Shown here piece after piece: positions 39,201 through 51,382 of a stretch of DNA of 61,986 bases (its first letter is position 1; each line of letters opens with the position of its first letter). The translations under genes were made by a program, and so were the position numbers. The notes beneath the pieces were generated by a model. It was not told the origin of the DNA. It saw nothing but the letters and a program-made list of their open reading frames with translations, and did no database searches. The DNA is from an uncultured archaeon (GTDB lineage: Archaea; Asgardarchaeota; Thorarchaeia; Thorarchaeales; Thorarchaeaceae): positions 1 to 61,986 of the forward strand of contig CAZPWM010000006.1 in NCBI GenBank assembly GCA_964590575.1. Direction: 5' to 3'.

Positions 39201-39268
39201 ACTCGGTGCATTAGACATTCTCCCCTTATCTGAGTCACGATGTAGGAGGAAATTCATTGAAGAAAGAG

Positions 39269-39406
39269 TGGCGCCCCCGCCGGGACTTGAACCCGGGTCT
39301 GTCTCTATCTCTCCCACGAATGAGAGAGATTCAAGAGGTCCGTTCCATCGGTCAATCCGATTGGATTGACAGTCTTGAATGCTAGACCGGACTACACTAC
39401 AGGGGC
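39269..39406 (-). tRNA. tRNA-Asp(GTC) with two introns (37/38 and variable-loop region)
   Basis: Reverse complement GCCCCTG...CAAGA-CTGTCA[..]TCTTG[..]AGAC-CCGGG-TTCAAGT-CCCGG-CGGGGGC-GCCA. Confidence 0.9.
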
Positions 39407-39481
39407 ATCCAGTGCGGTCGGCTCTCGATTTTCTTCTTAAAGTTGTCGGAGAAGACAAGGTTCTCCATGAATACTTTATTG

Positions 39482-40246
39482 TTAGATTACCTTCTCAATC
39501 ACTCTCTTTTCGTTTTGTCTATGTTTTAGAAGAAATAGAGTAGTAATAATCATCACCGGAATTGGAATGAACACTGCTGCGCTCTGAAGCCCCAAAACAA
39601 TGACCCCTATAAACGAATAAGAAATAGAAAATCCTGCAATACCCAGATTGAGAATGAGCGCAAATTGGACATCACGAGAACCAACCAATCCTCCTCGGAA
39701 AGCAAGATATGATATGAGGAGTGTTCCACCACCAATTAGGTTCGCCAGCTCAATCATCATTTCATTAGGTATTGCGAGATTCGAAAAAGCAACATTTGGG
39801 ACGAAAAAAGCTATTTGACTGAAGCCGCTAATAAAGCCATAAACCCAAGTGTTTGAATAGAATATCGTCAAATTCGGTTGATGGGAATACATACTGGGTA
39901 ACAGAAAAGCTGTGAGCAAGACAATATTCTCTAAAGATTGACGAATTGGTAAATTGTGAGGTTTTGCGGCGTGTGAATAGAAGACAGTCAAAGCGCTACC
40001 AATTCCTAGAATCATGCATCCGAGAGATGAAATCCAATAGAATGAAGGACTTGCAATAGATCTAGTTCCATCTCCATAACCTCCACCTGGTAGTGGAACA
40101 AGATACCATTCATAATAAAAATGAAGTCTTGAAATTACCAAAATAAGGAGACCAAACACCACTAAAAGAAAGGTTGCAAACACAGCCCTTGTACCGTCAT
40201 TCAATATTCCCATACCCCCAATTTTGTACAATTGAGAATACGACAA
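39482..40246 (-). CDS. Hypothetical multi-pass membrane protein
   Basis: Several hydrophobic segments. Confidence 0.7.
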   Translation of the reverse strand: MSYSQLYKIGGMGILNDGTRAVFATFLLVVFGLLILVISRLHFYYEWYLVPLPGGGYGDGTRSIASPSFYWISSLGCMILGIGSALTVFYSHAAKPHNLPIRQSLENIVLLTAFLLPSMYSHQPNLTIFYSNTWVYGFISGFSQIAFFVPNVAFSNLAIPNEMMIELANLIGGGTLLISYLAFRGGLVGSRDVQFALILNLGIAGFSISYSFIGVIVLGLQSAAVFIPIPVMIITTLFLLKHRQNEKRVIEKVI

Positions 40247-40650
40247 TATTGCTCTTACATATTATGATTCTATCAATGCAAATAGATGCTTCAAGAGTAG
40301 CAGCTTTTAAAACAAACCCGATGAAACTACTCTCTGAGTAAACCGCGACCGCAAAGTGCGATTCTTCATTTTCAAACATCGTCATGCATTTTTCTTGCTG
40401 ATAAAACAATGTGGATGGTTGACAGAGTAAGTTTATTAGCTTCCGAAGCCTATAGAAGAGTGGCTCACACAGCTAAGCCGTCCTTAGCTGTGATGCCATT
40501 TATGTGTTTTATCGCAACCCTTTTATGGCTACAGAATTCCCCGTCCTTTGCTCAGGCAGAACTGCTTCCCATTCATGCATGGTCGTTTATTGCACCTACG
40601 GGACTTGTTGTAATGCACGATGATGCCATAGACTTTGGGGCAGGCAAATA

Positions 40651-40759
40651 GGGCTCGTGGCGCAGACAGGTAGCGCAGCAGGCTTTTAACCTGAGGAACA
40701 AGAGAGTTATCTCTTGCTTCGGGGACTGGCCGCGGGTTCAAATCCCGCCGAGCCCGCCA
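40651..40759 (+). tRNA. tRNA-Lys(TTT) with ~32-nt intron in the 3' anticodon stem
   Basis: GGGCTCG/CGAGCCC, GCAGG-CTTTTAA-CCTG[..]C, GCGGG-TTCAAAT-CCCGC, GCCA. Confidence 0.9.
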
Positions 40760-40911
40760 TTGTTTGCGGCTCGGAGTAGGACTGTCAGAGCAGAAAACAA
40801 ACGGGGCGGCTATTGCAGCTATGTGTGAGCTCGGATTTCTGAGTTCCATGCGTTGGGAAGCGTGTATGTTCGCAGTAGTTCCCCCGTCCTTCACACTTAA
40901 GATGTGATTAC

Positions 40912-43900
40912 ATGACAACGGGCACACAAGAACGAGACAAGTACTGGCCAGTTATAGAAGCCTTCTTTGATCAGTATGGACTAGTAGGTCAGCATCTCGA
41001 CTCGTTTAATCGGTTCATAAGAGAAGAGCTCCAACATGTAGTAGATAGTGTTGGTAAGCTTACGCCAAAGATTGAAGGGTACGTAGTAGAACTGGGCGAT
41101 ATCCATGTCGACGAACCTTCTATCCGTGAAGCGGATGGTAGTGAGCACAAGCTCTACCCCAATGAGGCCAGGATTAGAAACCTCACCTATGCAAGCAAGA
41201 TACACCTTGACATGACACCTGTCCGAAAGGAAGGCTCTGTGTCAACTCGGCTTGAAACCATGAGGATATATATTGGCAACCTACCTATCATGCTCCGAAG
41301 TGAGAAATGTCATCTAAACGGTCTATCAGATGATGATCTCATAATGCACGGCGAGGATCCCAAGGACCCTGGTGGTTACTTCATAATCAATGGTTCTGAA
41401 CGTGTTCTAGTAACACAAGAGGATTTGGCGCCGAATAGAATTCTGATTGAAGAAGCAAGTAAGAGCTCTAGTTACACACACATTGCCAAAGTCTTCTCAA
41501 CATCACGTGGTTTCAGAGCACCAGTGACAATTGAGAGAAAGCGAACTGGTGAACTAAGAGTATCATTCCCATCAGTGCCCGGCAAGATACCCTTAGCCAT
41601 TCTTCTAAAAGCACTGGGTCTTGAGTCAGACAGAGATATCGTCGACGTCATCTCAGACGATGATGAGATACGAAACGAGCTTATTGTCACTATCGAGCAG
41701 TCAGCTCCAATCAATGCCCCCACTGGCGAAGAGAACGAGTCCACACGAAATAATGCATTAGACTTCATTGGAAAACGAGTTGCTGTAGGTCAGACCAAGG
41801 AATACCGGCTTGCCCGTGCAGAAAAGGTACTTGATCGTTATCTTCTTCCACATATTGGCACTGAAGATGACAGTCGTCTGCAGAAAGCCTACTATCTTGG
41901 TCAGATGGTCGAGCGTCTTCTGGAGTTGGTACTCAGTAAGCGTTCTCCTGATGACAAGGACCATTATGCTAACAAGAGATTGAAACTCTCTGGAGATCTT
42001 CTGATGTCACTCTTCAGAGTGGCTCTTTACTCTCTGACTCGTGATATTAAGTACCAATTAGAACGTACAGCTGTTCGCGGTCGCAAGCCAAATATCAGGA
42101 CTGCAGTAAGAGCTGATGTAATCACACAGAGATTGAAACACGCACTCGCTACAGGTAACTGGGTTGGAGGAAAGGCTGGAGTATCACAGCTACTTGACCG
42201 TACCAATTACATATCCTCACTATCACACCTTAGAAGAGTTGTTTCACCACTCTCACGTTCACAACCTCACTTCGAGGCACGAGACCTTCATTCAACCCAC
42301 TGGGGTAAGATATGTCCCAACGAAACTCCTGAAGGACCAAACTGTGGTCTTGTGAAGAACCTCGCTATGATGGCTTACATCTCAGTTGGAACAGAAGAGG
42401 ATGCAGTAGATCGTGCTCTTATCAAGGCTGAAGTCGAACCCATTGAGAAGATCCGGGGAAAACGAGGTACAAAATGGGCTGATGTCTTCCTAAACGGTCG
42501 ACTTGTAGGTGTCCATCCCGCTCCCCAAGTATTGGTAAAGACAATTCGACAAAAACGTCGAGCTGGCGAGATTGATCATCAGACGAACATAGCATACTAT
42601 GAAGACACCCACGAAGTTCAGGTCAACTGTGATCCTGGTCGTGTGAGAAGACCAGTAATCGTTGTAGAAAATGGAAAGAGTAGTCTTTCTGATGAACACC
42701 TTAGAATGGTGATAGAAACTGAGTGGGGTTTCTTGGATCTTCTACGTAATGGAAATGTAGAATTCATAGATGCGGAGGAGGAAGAGAATACACTAATTGC
42801 GATGTATCCTGAAGAGATAGGTCCCAATACAACTCACATGGAGATTGTACCTTCCACGATACTCGGCATCTCTGCAGCTCTTATCCCATTCCCTGAGCGA
42901 AATCAATCACCACGTAATGTGTACATGGCTGGAATGGCAAAACAGTCAGTGGGAGTACCTGCCGCAAACTTCAGGTACAGAGTAGATACACGTTCACACT
43001 TTTTCCATTATCCTCAGGTACCACTTGTGAAGACCCGCGCAATGGACTCAATTGGATACGAGGACCGTCCTGCTGGACAGAACTTTGTCGTTGCTATCCT
43101 ATCTTTCGAAGGTTACAACATAGAAGATGCGCTCATCATGAACAAAGCCTCCATCGAAAGAGGTCTAGGTCGAAGCACATTTGTTCGAGTCTACGAGAGT
43201 GAAGAGCGAAAGTATCCTGGAGGTCAAGAGGACAGATTTGAGATTCCCGATCGAAGTGTCAGGGGTTACAGAGCCTCAGAGTCATATAGAAACCTCGGTG
43301 AGGATGGTATAATTGAAACCGAGGTCGAAGTATTGGGTGGCGACGTACTCATTGGTAGAACATCTCCACCGCGATTTCTAGAAGAATACTCAGAATTTGA
43401 GATTGCTTCTCCGAACCGCCGTGAAACTTCCATAGCTGTACGTCATGGAGAAGCTGGTGTTGTTGACAGTGTCATACTGACAGAAACCATTGATGGCAAC
43501 CGTCTAGTAAAAGTAAAAGTCCGGGACCTCAGGATTCCTGAGCTCGGCGACAAGTATGCATCCCGGCATGGACAGAAAGGTGTAATCGGATACATTGTGC
43601 CTCAGCAGGACCTCCCATTCACAGAGGATGGAGTTGTTCCAGACCTACTAATTAACCCACATGCTATCCCAAGCAGAATGACCATTGGCCAGATTCTCGA
43701 AATGGTCGCCGGCAAAGCCTCTTGTATGGTAGGCAAACAACAGGATGCATCGCCATTTTGTGGTGTCACTGAGGAAGAACTCTATGAAATGCTCAAGAAG
43801 CATGGTCTAAAACATAATGGCCGTGAAACCATGTATTCTGGAATCACAGGAGAGAAGCTTAAAGTTGACATCTTCATGGGTGTTATTTTCTATCAGAAGC

Positions 43901-44283
43901 TCCATCATATGGTTGCCGACAAGATTCACGCTCGAGCCAGAGGACCTGTACAGATTCTGACTCGTCAACCTACTGAAGGTCGTGCTCGAGAAGGTGGTCT
44001 TAGGTTTGGCGAAATGGAGCGCGATGTACTGATTGGCCACGGTGCCGCTATTCTTCTTAAAGGTCGACTACTGGATGAATCAGACAAGAGCAACATGCTC
44101 GTCTGTGAAGAATGTGGTCTGATAGGTGTATATGACCGTAACAAAGACCAGTATTACTGTCCGATTTGCGGAGCCAATGCTAAGATTAGTAGTGTGGTCG
44201 TTTCTTATGCGTTCAAACTACTGATACAAGAGATGATGTCACTCGGCTTGGCCACTAGGCTACGATTAAAGGAGATGATTTAG
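40912..44283 (+). CDS. rpoB: DNA-directed RNA polymerase subunit B (Rpo2, unsplit)
   Basis: GGYFIINGSERV, GDKYASRHGQKG, GGLRFGEMERD. Confidence 0.99.
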   Translation: MTTGTQERDKYWPVIEAFFDQYGLVGQHLDSFNRFIREELQHVVDSVGKLTPKIEGYVVELGDIHVDEPSIREADGSEHKLYPNEARIRNLTYASKIHLDMTPVRKEGSVSTRLETMRIYIGNLPIMLRSEKCHLNGLSDDDLIMHGEDPKDPGGYFIINGSERVLVTQEDLAPNRILIEEASKSSSYTHIAKVFSTSRGFRAPVTIERKRTGELRVSFPSVPGKIPLAILLKALGLESDRDIVDVISDDDEIRNELIVTIEQSAPINAPTGEENESTRNNALDFIGKRVAVGQTKEYRLARAEKVLDRYLLPHIGTEDDSRLQKAYYLGQMVERLLELVLSKRSPDDKDHYANKRLKLSGDLLMSLFRVALYSLTRDIKYQLERTAVRGRKPNIRTAVRADVITQRLKHALATGNWVGGKAGVSQLLDRTNYISSLSHLRRVVSPLSRSQPHFEARDLHSTHWGKICPNETPEGPNCGLVKNLAMMAYISVGTEEDAVDRALIKAEVEPIEKIRGKRGTKWADVFLNGRLVGVHPAPQVLVKTIRQKRRAGEIDHQTNIAYYEDTHEVQVNCDPGRVRRPVIVVENGKSSLSDEHLRMVIETEWGFLDLLRNGNVEFIDAEEEENTLIAMYPEEIGPNTTHMEIVPSTILGISAALIPFPERNQSPRNVYMAGMAKQSVGVPAANFRYRVDTRSHFFHYPQVPLVKTRAMDSIGYEDRPAGQNFVVAILSFEGYNIEDALIMNKASIERGLGRSTFVRVYESEERKYPGGQEDRFEIPDRSVRGYRASESYRNLGEDGIIETEVEVLGGDVLIGRTSPPRFLEEYSEFEIASPNRRETSIAVRHGEAGVVDSVILTETIDGNRLVKVKVRDLRIPELGDKYASRHGQKGVIGYIVPQQDLPFTEDGVVPDLLINPHAIPSRMTIGQILEMVAGKASCMVGKQQDASPFCGVTEEELYEMLKKHGLKHNGRETMYSGITGEKLKVDIFMGVIFYQKLHHMVADKIHARARGPVQILTRQPTEGRAREGGLRFGEMERDVLIGHGAAILLKGRLLDESDKSNMLVCEECGLIGVYDRNKDQYYCPICGANAKISSVVVSYAFKLLIQEMMSLGLATRLRLKEMI

Positions 44284-48265
<3,982 letters not shown>

Positions 48266-48363
48266 TAGGTCTAAAACAGAGACCACGGCGGAAACATTAA
48301 AACTGAATATCCTTTGACGCTATCCGTTCGGGTCTACCAACAAATCACATACGAGGTCATACA

Positions 48364-48657
48364 ATGAGCCTGAATCAACCAATAGCAAGTGCAGTAAGTA
48401 CAGGTGAGTGCAAGATTGGCGCAAAGTCTTCAATTGACGCGATCAAGACAGGCAAGGCTAAACTTGTCGTCGTTGCAGCGAACTGTCCTAAAGATGAGTT
48501 TGAAGACATAGTACAATTAGCAAAGCTCGCTGAAATAAAGGTCCAGAAGTTTGAAGGTACTTCCTGGGACTTGGGTGAGGTTGTAGGTAAACCATTCATG
48601 GTTTCAGCAATAGCTATTATCAAGCCTGGCGACTCAAAAATCCTGAAGATGGTATGA
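48364..48657 (+). CDS. rpl30e: 50S ribosomal protein L30e
   Basis: AKLVVVAANCP, LGEVVGKPF, PGDSKIL; conserved position. Confidence 0.96.
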   Translation: MSLNQPIASAVSTGECKIGAKSSIDAIKTGKAKLVVVAANCPKDEFEDIVQLAKLAEIKVQKFEGTSWDLGEVVGKPFMVSAIAIIKPGDSKILKMV

Positions 48658-48667
48658 GGCGAGTCAA

Positions 48668-49102
48668 TTGGGACGAGTTAAGCTCTCTATGGATGACATG
48701 GCTCTAATCGCCAAGTTCGAGCAAATCACAGGCGCTGCTGCAGTTGATATTATTCGTGATGATGAGGGAGAACGTATCATAGTCGTAGTTCGTCCAAAGC
48801 AATTAGGAAAAGCGATTGGTCGCGGCGGAGTAAATGTGAAAGCCGCGTCAGACGCCTTTGGGCGTGTTGTTGATGTTGTCGAGATGGCTGAAACTGCTGA
48901 GGCTTTTGTTATGAGTGCGCTCGCTCCGGCTAGAGTTGAAGGTGTAAAGATTATAGAGCGCCGTGATGGCACTAAGGTAGCATCAGTAACTGTCAACAAC
49001 GAAGACCGAGGAATCGCAATTGGTCGTGACGGTCGAAATGTTGCTCGGGCTCGCATTTTAGTACGTCGTCACTTCGATTTGAACAATGTTGTAATTGCCT
49101 GA
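48668..49102 (+). CDS. nusA: Archaeal NusA
   Basis: Two KH motifs AIGRGG and AIGRDGRN; conserved position. Confidence 0.96.
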   Translation: MGRVKLSMDDMALIAKFEQITGAAAVDIIRDDEGERIIVVVRPKQLGKAIGRGGVNVKAASDAFGRVVDVVEMAETAEAFVMSALAPARVEGVKIIERRDGTKVASVTVNNEDRGIAIGRDGRNVARARILVRRHFDLNNVVIA

Positions 49103-49108
49103 AGTGTG

Positions 49109-49195
49109 CTGGAAGCGTTCTTTTCATAATCGTTCATTGTAAATTGGACAAACTTGGGTTTCAAGTAGTCCGCCCAAGAACGACACTGGGCTTGG
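49109..49195 (-). ncRNA. omega/reRNA-like scaffold 1 plus flank-derived guide
   Basis: Hairpin GCCCAG-TGTCGTTC-TTGGGC, second stem, CAATTTACAATGAACGAT end pairing with the loop (pseudoknot); overlaps the tnpB stop codon. Confidence 0.72.
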
Positions 49196-51260
49196 ATTGT
49201 TGAACATGCATTATGTTACGCGCTGCATTAACATCTGCATGGAAATACTCATCACACTTTGAACAGTGGAAATATTCTCCTCCTTTTCTCTCCATTATTG
49301 AAGTTGCATTTTCCACACGCACTCCTCTTTCTCCACACACATGACAAGTCTGAGAGGTCCAAGCAGGGTTCACCATACAGATTCCCCCATTTCTATGTCC
49401 AAGGGTGTTTCGACGATAGCGCACACCCTCAATCATTTGACCCCACAGGTTAGCTGATAGATTCCAACTGTGTCTTCTCATTCCTCTCTTTCCTTGGAAG
49501 GAACGGAGATCCTCAAAGAAGATGGTCTTCACCTGCCGATGTTCACAGAACCACACTGTTTCAGCAGCGACTTGGTGGGAGATTTCTCTATCGAGACGAC
49601 GGACTTTTTGCCATACTGCCTCCAATTCACGTTCTTTTTTCATGATGTACGCAGGAGGATGCAGTCCCTGATGCTTTCTCTCCCAATTATTTCGTTTCAG
49701 TGTCACCTCTGACATCAAGATTCTTGATTTCTGTCGCAAGTGTTCTCTTCTTTCATACAGTTCCTGTCTTCCTATCATTTTCTCTGAATAACCATTTTCT
49801 CCATTTTTAACGGAAACTACCATGGAGTGCCTGAGACCTCTATCGACACCTGCTTTTTTCGATTTTTTACCAATCCTAGGAAGTGTTTCACTTAGAATCT
49901 TCTCGTCGGGAGTCATAAAGGGGATAATCAATGTAGCTCTATTTCCAGTTAGTTTGATTAAAGGAGGCGCAGTGGTACGAGATTGTTTGAGTCTCTGTTT
50001 TAATGCTTTGAGTTGGTCTATTCGCTCAACATTCTTCTTAGGCTGCGCTCGCTCTTTCGCAAGTTCTCGAGTGACGTGCTGAATCTGAATCGTGTTGTAC
50101 AGCTGTTGATTCATGTCATCATACTTTTCAGCTCTGAATTCCAATTCAACCGACCGTTTCAAGTCGCCTCGAAACCTCACCTCTTCAGCCATCATCCTTG
50201 CACGTGCAGCTTTTCGTGGAAACCAGTTGAGAAAACGCAATCGAAGAGTGTGGCTTCTATAAGGGGAGTGTGAATCATCTTCAAATCCTATCACACCAGG
50301 AGGAGTCTTGATGTACAGTACTATCTCATCCTGTCTCTGTGGATCAGGTGAGAACCAATAGCCTTGTCCTGTTGCATTTTCCGTGGATGCGGAATAATCT
50401 ATTGTGTCTTTTTGAAAGACAGGTATTTCGAAAGGAAAACCAGATTGATGCCAATTATTGATTAGATTCCTAATGAATCCCTCTGCTTGATTTTTCAAAA
50501 CTGATTGCTTGAGGAGTTCATGTGCTCTAAGTTTCATTCTATTTTCTTGTAGTGGGAATGATTTTGATAATTCATCTCTTAAGACTCGTCGGACTTGTCT
50601 ACATGCTGATAGAGCGTAATGAAAGTCACCTGCTGCTTTGATGGCAATAGTGTCCTTGAGAAGTCTCACAATGTCGGAAGGTATCCTCTTGTTAATGACC
50701 AATCTCCTAGTATGCTCATCATCAACGACGAGAATCTCGAGTAGTGAGTTGACCAATTTTCTCCGGGTATAGTCGGAATGAATAATCCGAGCCGCCGTTT
50801 CAAGAACACTTCGATGCATTCGTTCATGGACTAGTTTACCAAAGTCGTTGTTTGTACCCCATTTGAGATGATTCTTCTTCTTGAGAATAACATTCATCAT
50901 TCCATGGTACTCACTTATCTCTCGACCTAACTCATAAGCATATGACTGATTTGAGAACACCCTCTCCAAAACTAAATTGACAGCTATTCGATAATTTCTA
51001 AAACTCTGGCCAAGAACTGATAGATCCAAATCACTACATTTTCGGCCAGTGTGTGAAAATCCTAATGATGATATAGATTTTGCAGGACTTTTTCCAGTGC
51101 CTTTTCTTGCAACAACTCGATGGTACGAATTCAAGTCGAACTTTTGAGATAGAAAGGTCGATGATGGACAACGATAGTTACCGTCCATTGTAAATTGCTT
51201 TAGTCCTTCATCAGAAGAAACAATCTGCTCGCGGGAACGGCGCCGCGATGTTTTGGTCAT
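49161..51260 (-). CDS. tnpB: Enlarged TnpB/Cas12-like RNA-guided RuvC endonuclease
   Basis: RuvC-I GVDRG, RuvC-II FFEDL, VNPAWTSQTCHVCG...FHCSKC...HADVNAARNI; GGTGA SD and TTAAATA box upstream. Confidence 0.92.
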   Translation of the reverse strand: MTKTSRRRSREQIVSSDEGLKQFTMDGNYRCPSSTFLSQKFDLNSYHRVVARKGTGKSPAKSISSLGFSHTGRKCSDLDLSVLGQSFRNYRIAVNLVLERVFSNQSYAYELGREISEYHGMMNVILKKKNHLKWGTNNDFGKLVHERMHRSVLETAARIIHSDYTRRKLVNSLLEILVVDDEHTRRLVINKRIPSDIVRLLKDTIAIKAAGDFHYALSACRQVRRVLRDELSKSFPLQENRMKLRAHELLKQSVLKNQAEGFIRNLINNWHQSGFPFEIPVFQKDTIDYSASTENATGQGYWFSPDPQRQDEIVLYIKTPPGVIGFEDDSHSPYRSHTLRLRFLNWFPRKAARARMMAEEVRFRGDLKRSVELEFRAEKYDDMNQQLYNTIQIQHVTRELAKERAQPKKNVERIDQLKALKQRLKQSRTTAPPLIKLTGNRATLIIPFMTPDEKILSETLPRIGKKSKKAGVDRGLRHSMVVSVKNGENGYSEKMIGRQELYERREHLRQKSRILMSEVTLKRNNWERKHQGLHPPAYIMKKERELEAVWQKVRRLDREISHQVAAETVWFCEHRQVKTIFFEDLRSFQGKRGMRRHSWNLSANLWGQMIEGVRYRRNTLGHRNGGICMVNPAWTSQTCHVCGERGVRVENATSIMERKGGEYFHCSKCDEYFHADVNAARNIMHVQQSKPSVVLGRTT
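51164..51250 (-). ncRNA. Second omega-RNA-like scaffold plus 16-nt promoter-matching guide, within the tnpB 5' coding region
   Basis: Hairpin TCGCGG-CGCCGTTC-CCGCGA, CAATTTACAATGGACGGT end, then AACTATCGTTGTCCAT. Confidence 0.68.
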
Positions 51261-51293
51261 CGACCTTTCACCATAATGATTTTCTGTTCGAGA

Positions 51294-51342
51294 TATTTAA
51301 GTCCATACTTCGTATGGACAACGATAGTTATCAGATTAAAAG
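51294..51342. promoter_or_regulatory. Divergent promoter region containing the protospacer (51314-51329) for guide 2
   Basis: TTAAATA box on minus strand at 51294-51300; palindrome GTCCATAC-TTC-GTATGGAC; exact 17-bp repeat of 51164-51180. Confidence 0.62.
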
Positions 51343-51382
51343 AACATACAATTTTTTGATATTAAAATAATGCAACATTTCG

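Noticed and set aside
39201-39458. N-terminal extension of the DinB ORF
   Set aside because: Runs through tRNA-Asp; the DinB fold starts near 39200.
40197-40927. Short ORFs 40197-40409, 40409-40651 and 40529-40927 as rpoH or real genes
   Set aside because: No Rpo5 motifs (e.g. HxLVPxH); one overlaps tRNA-Lys.
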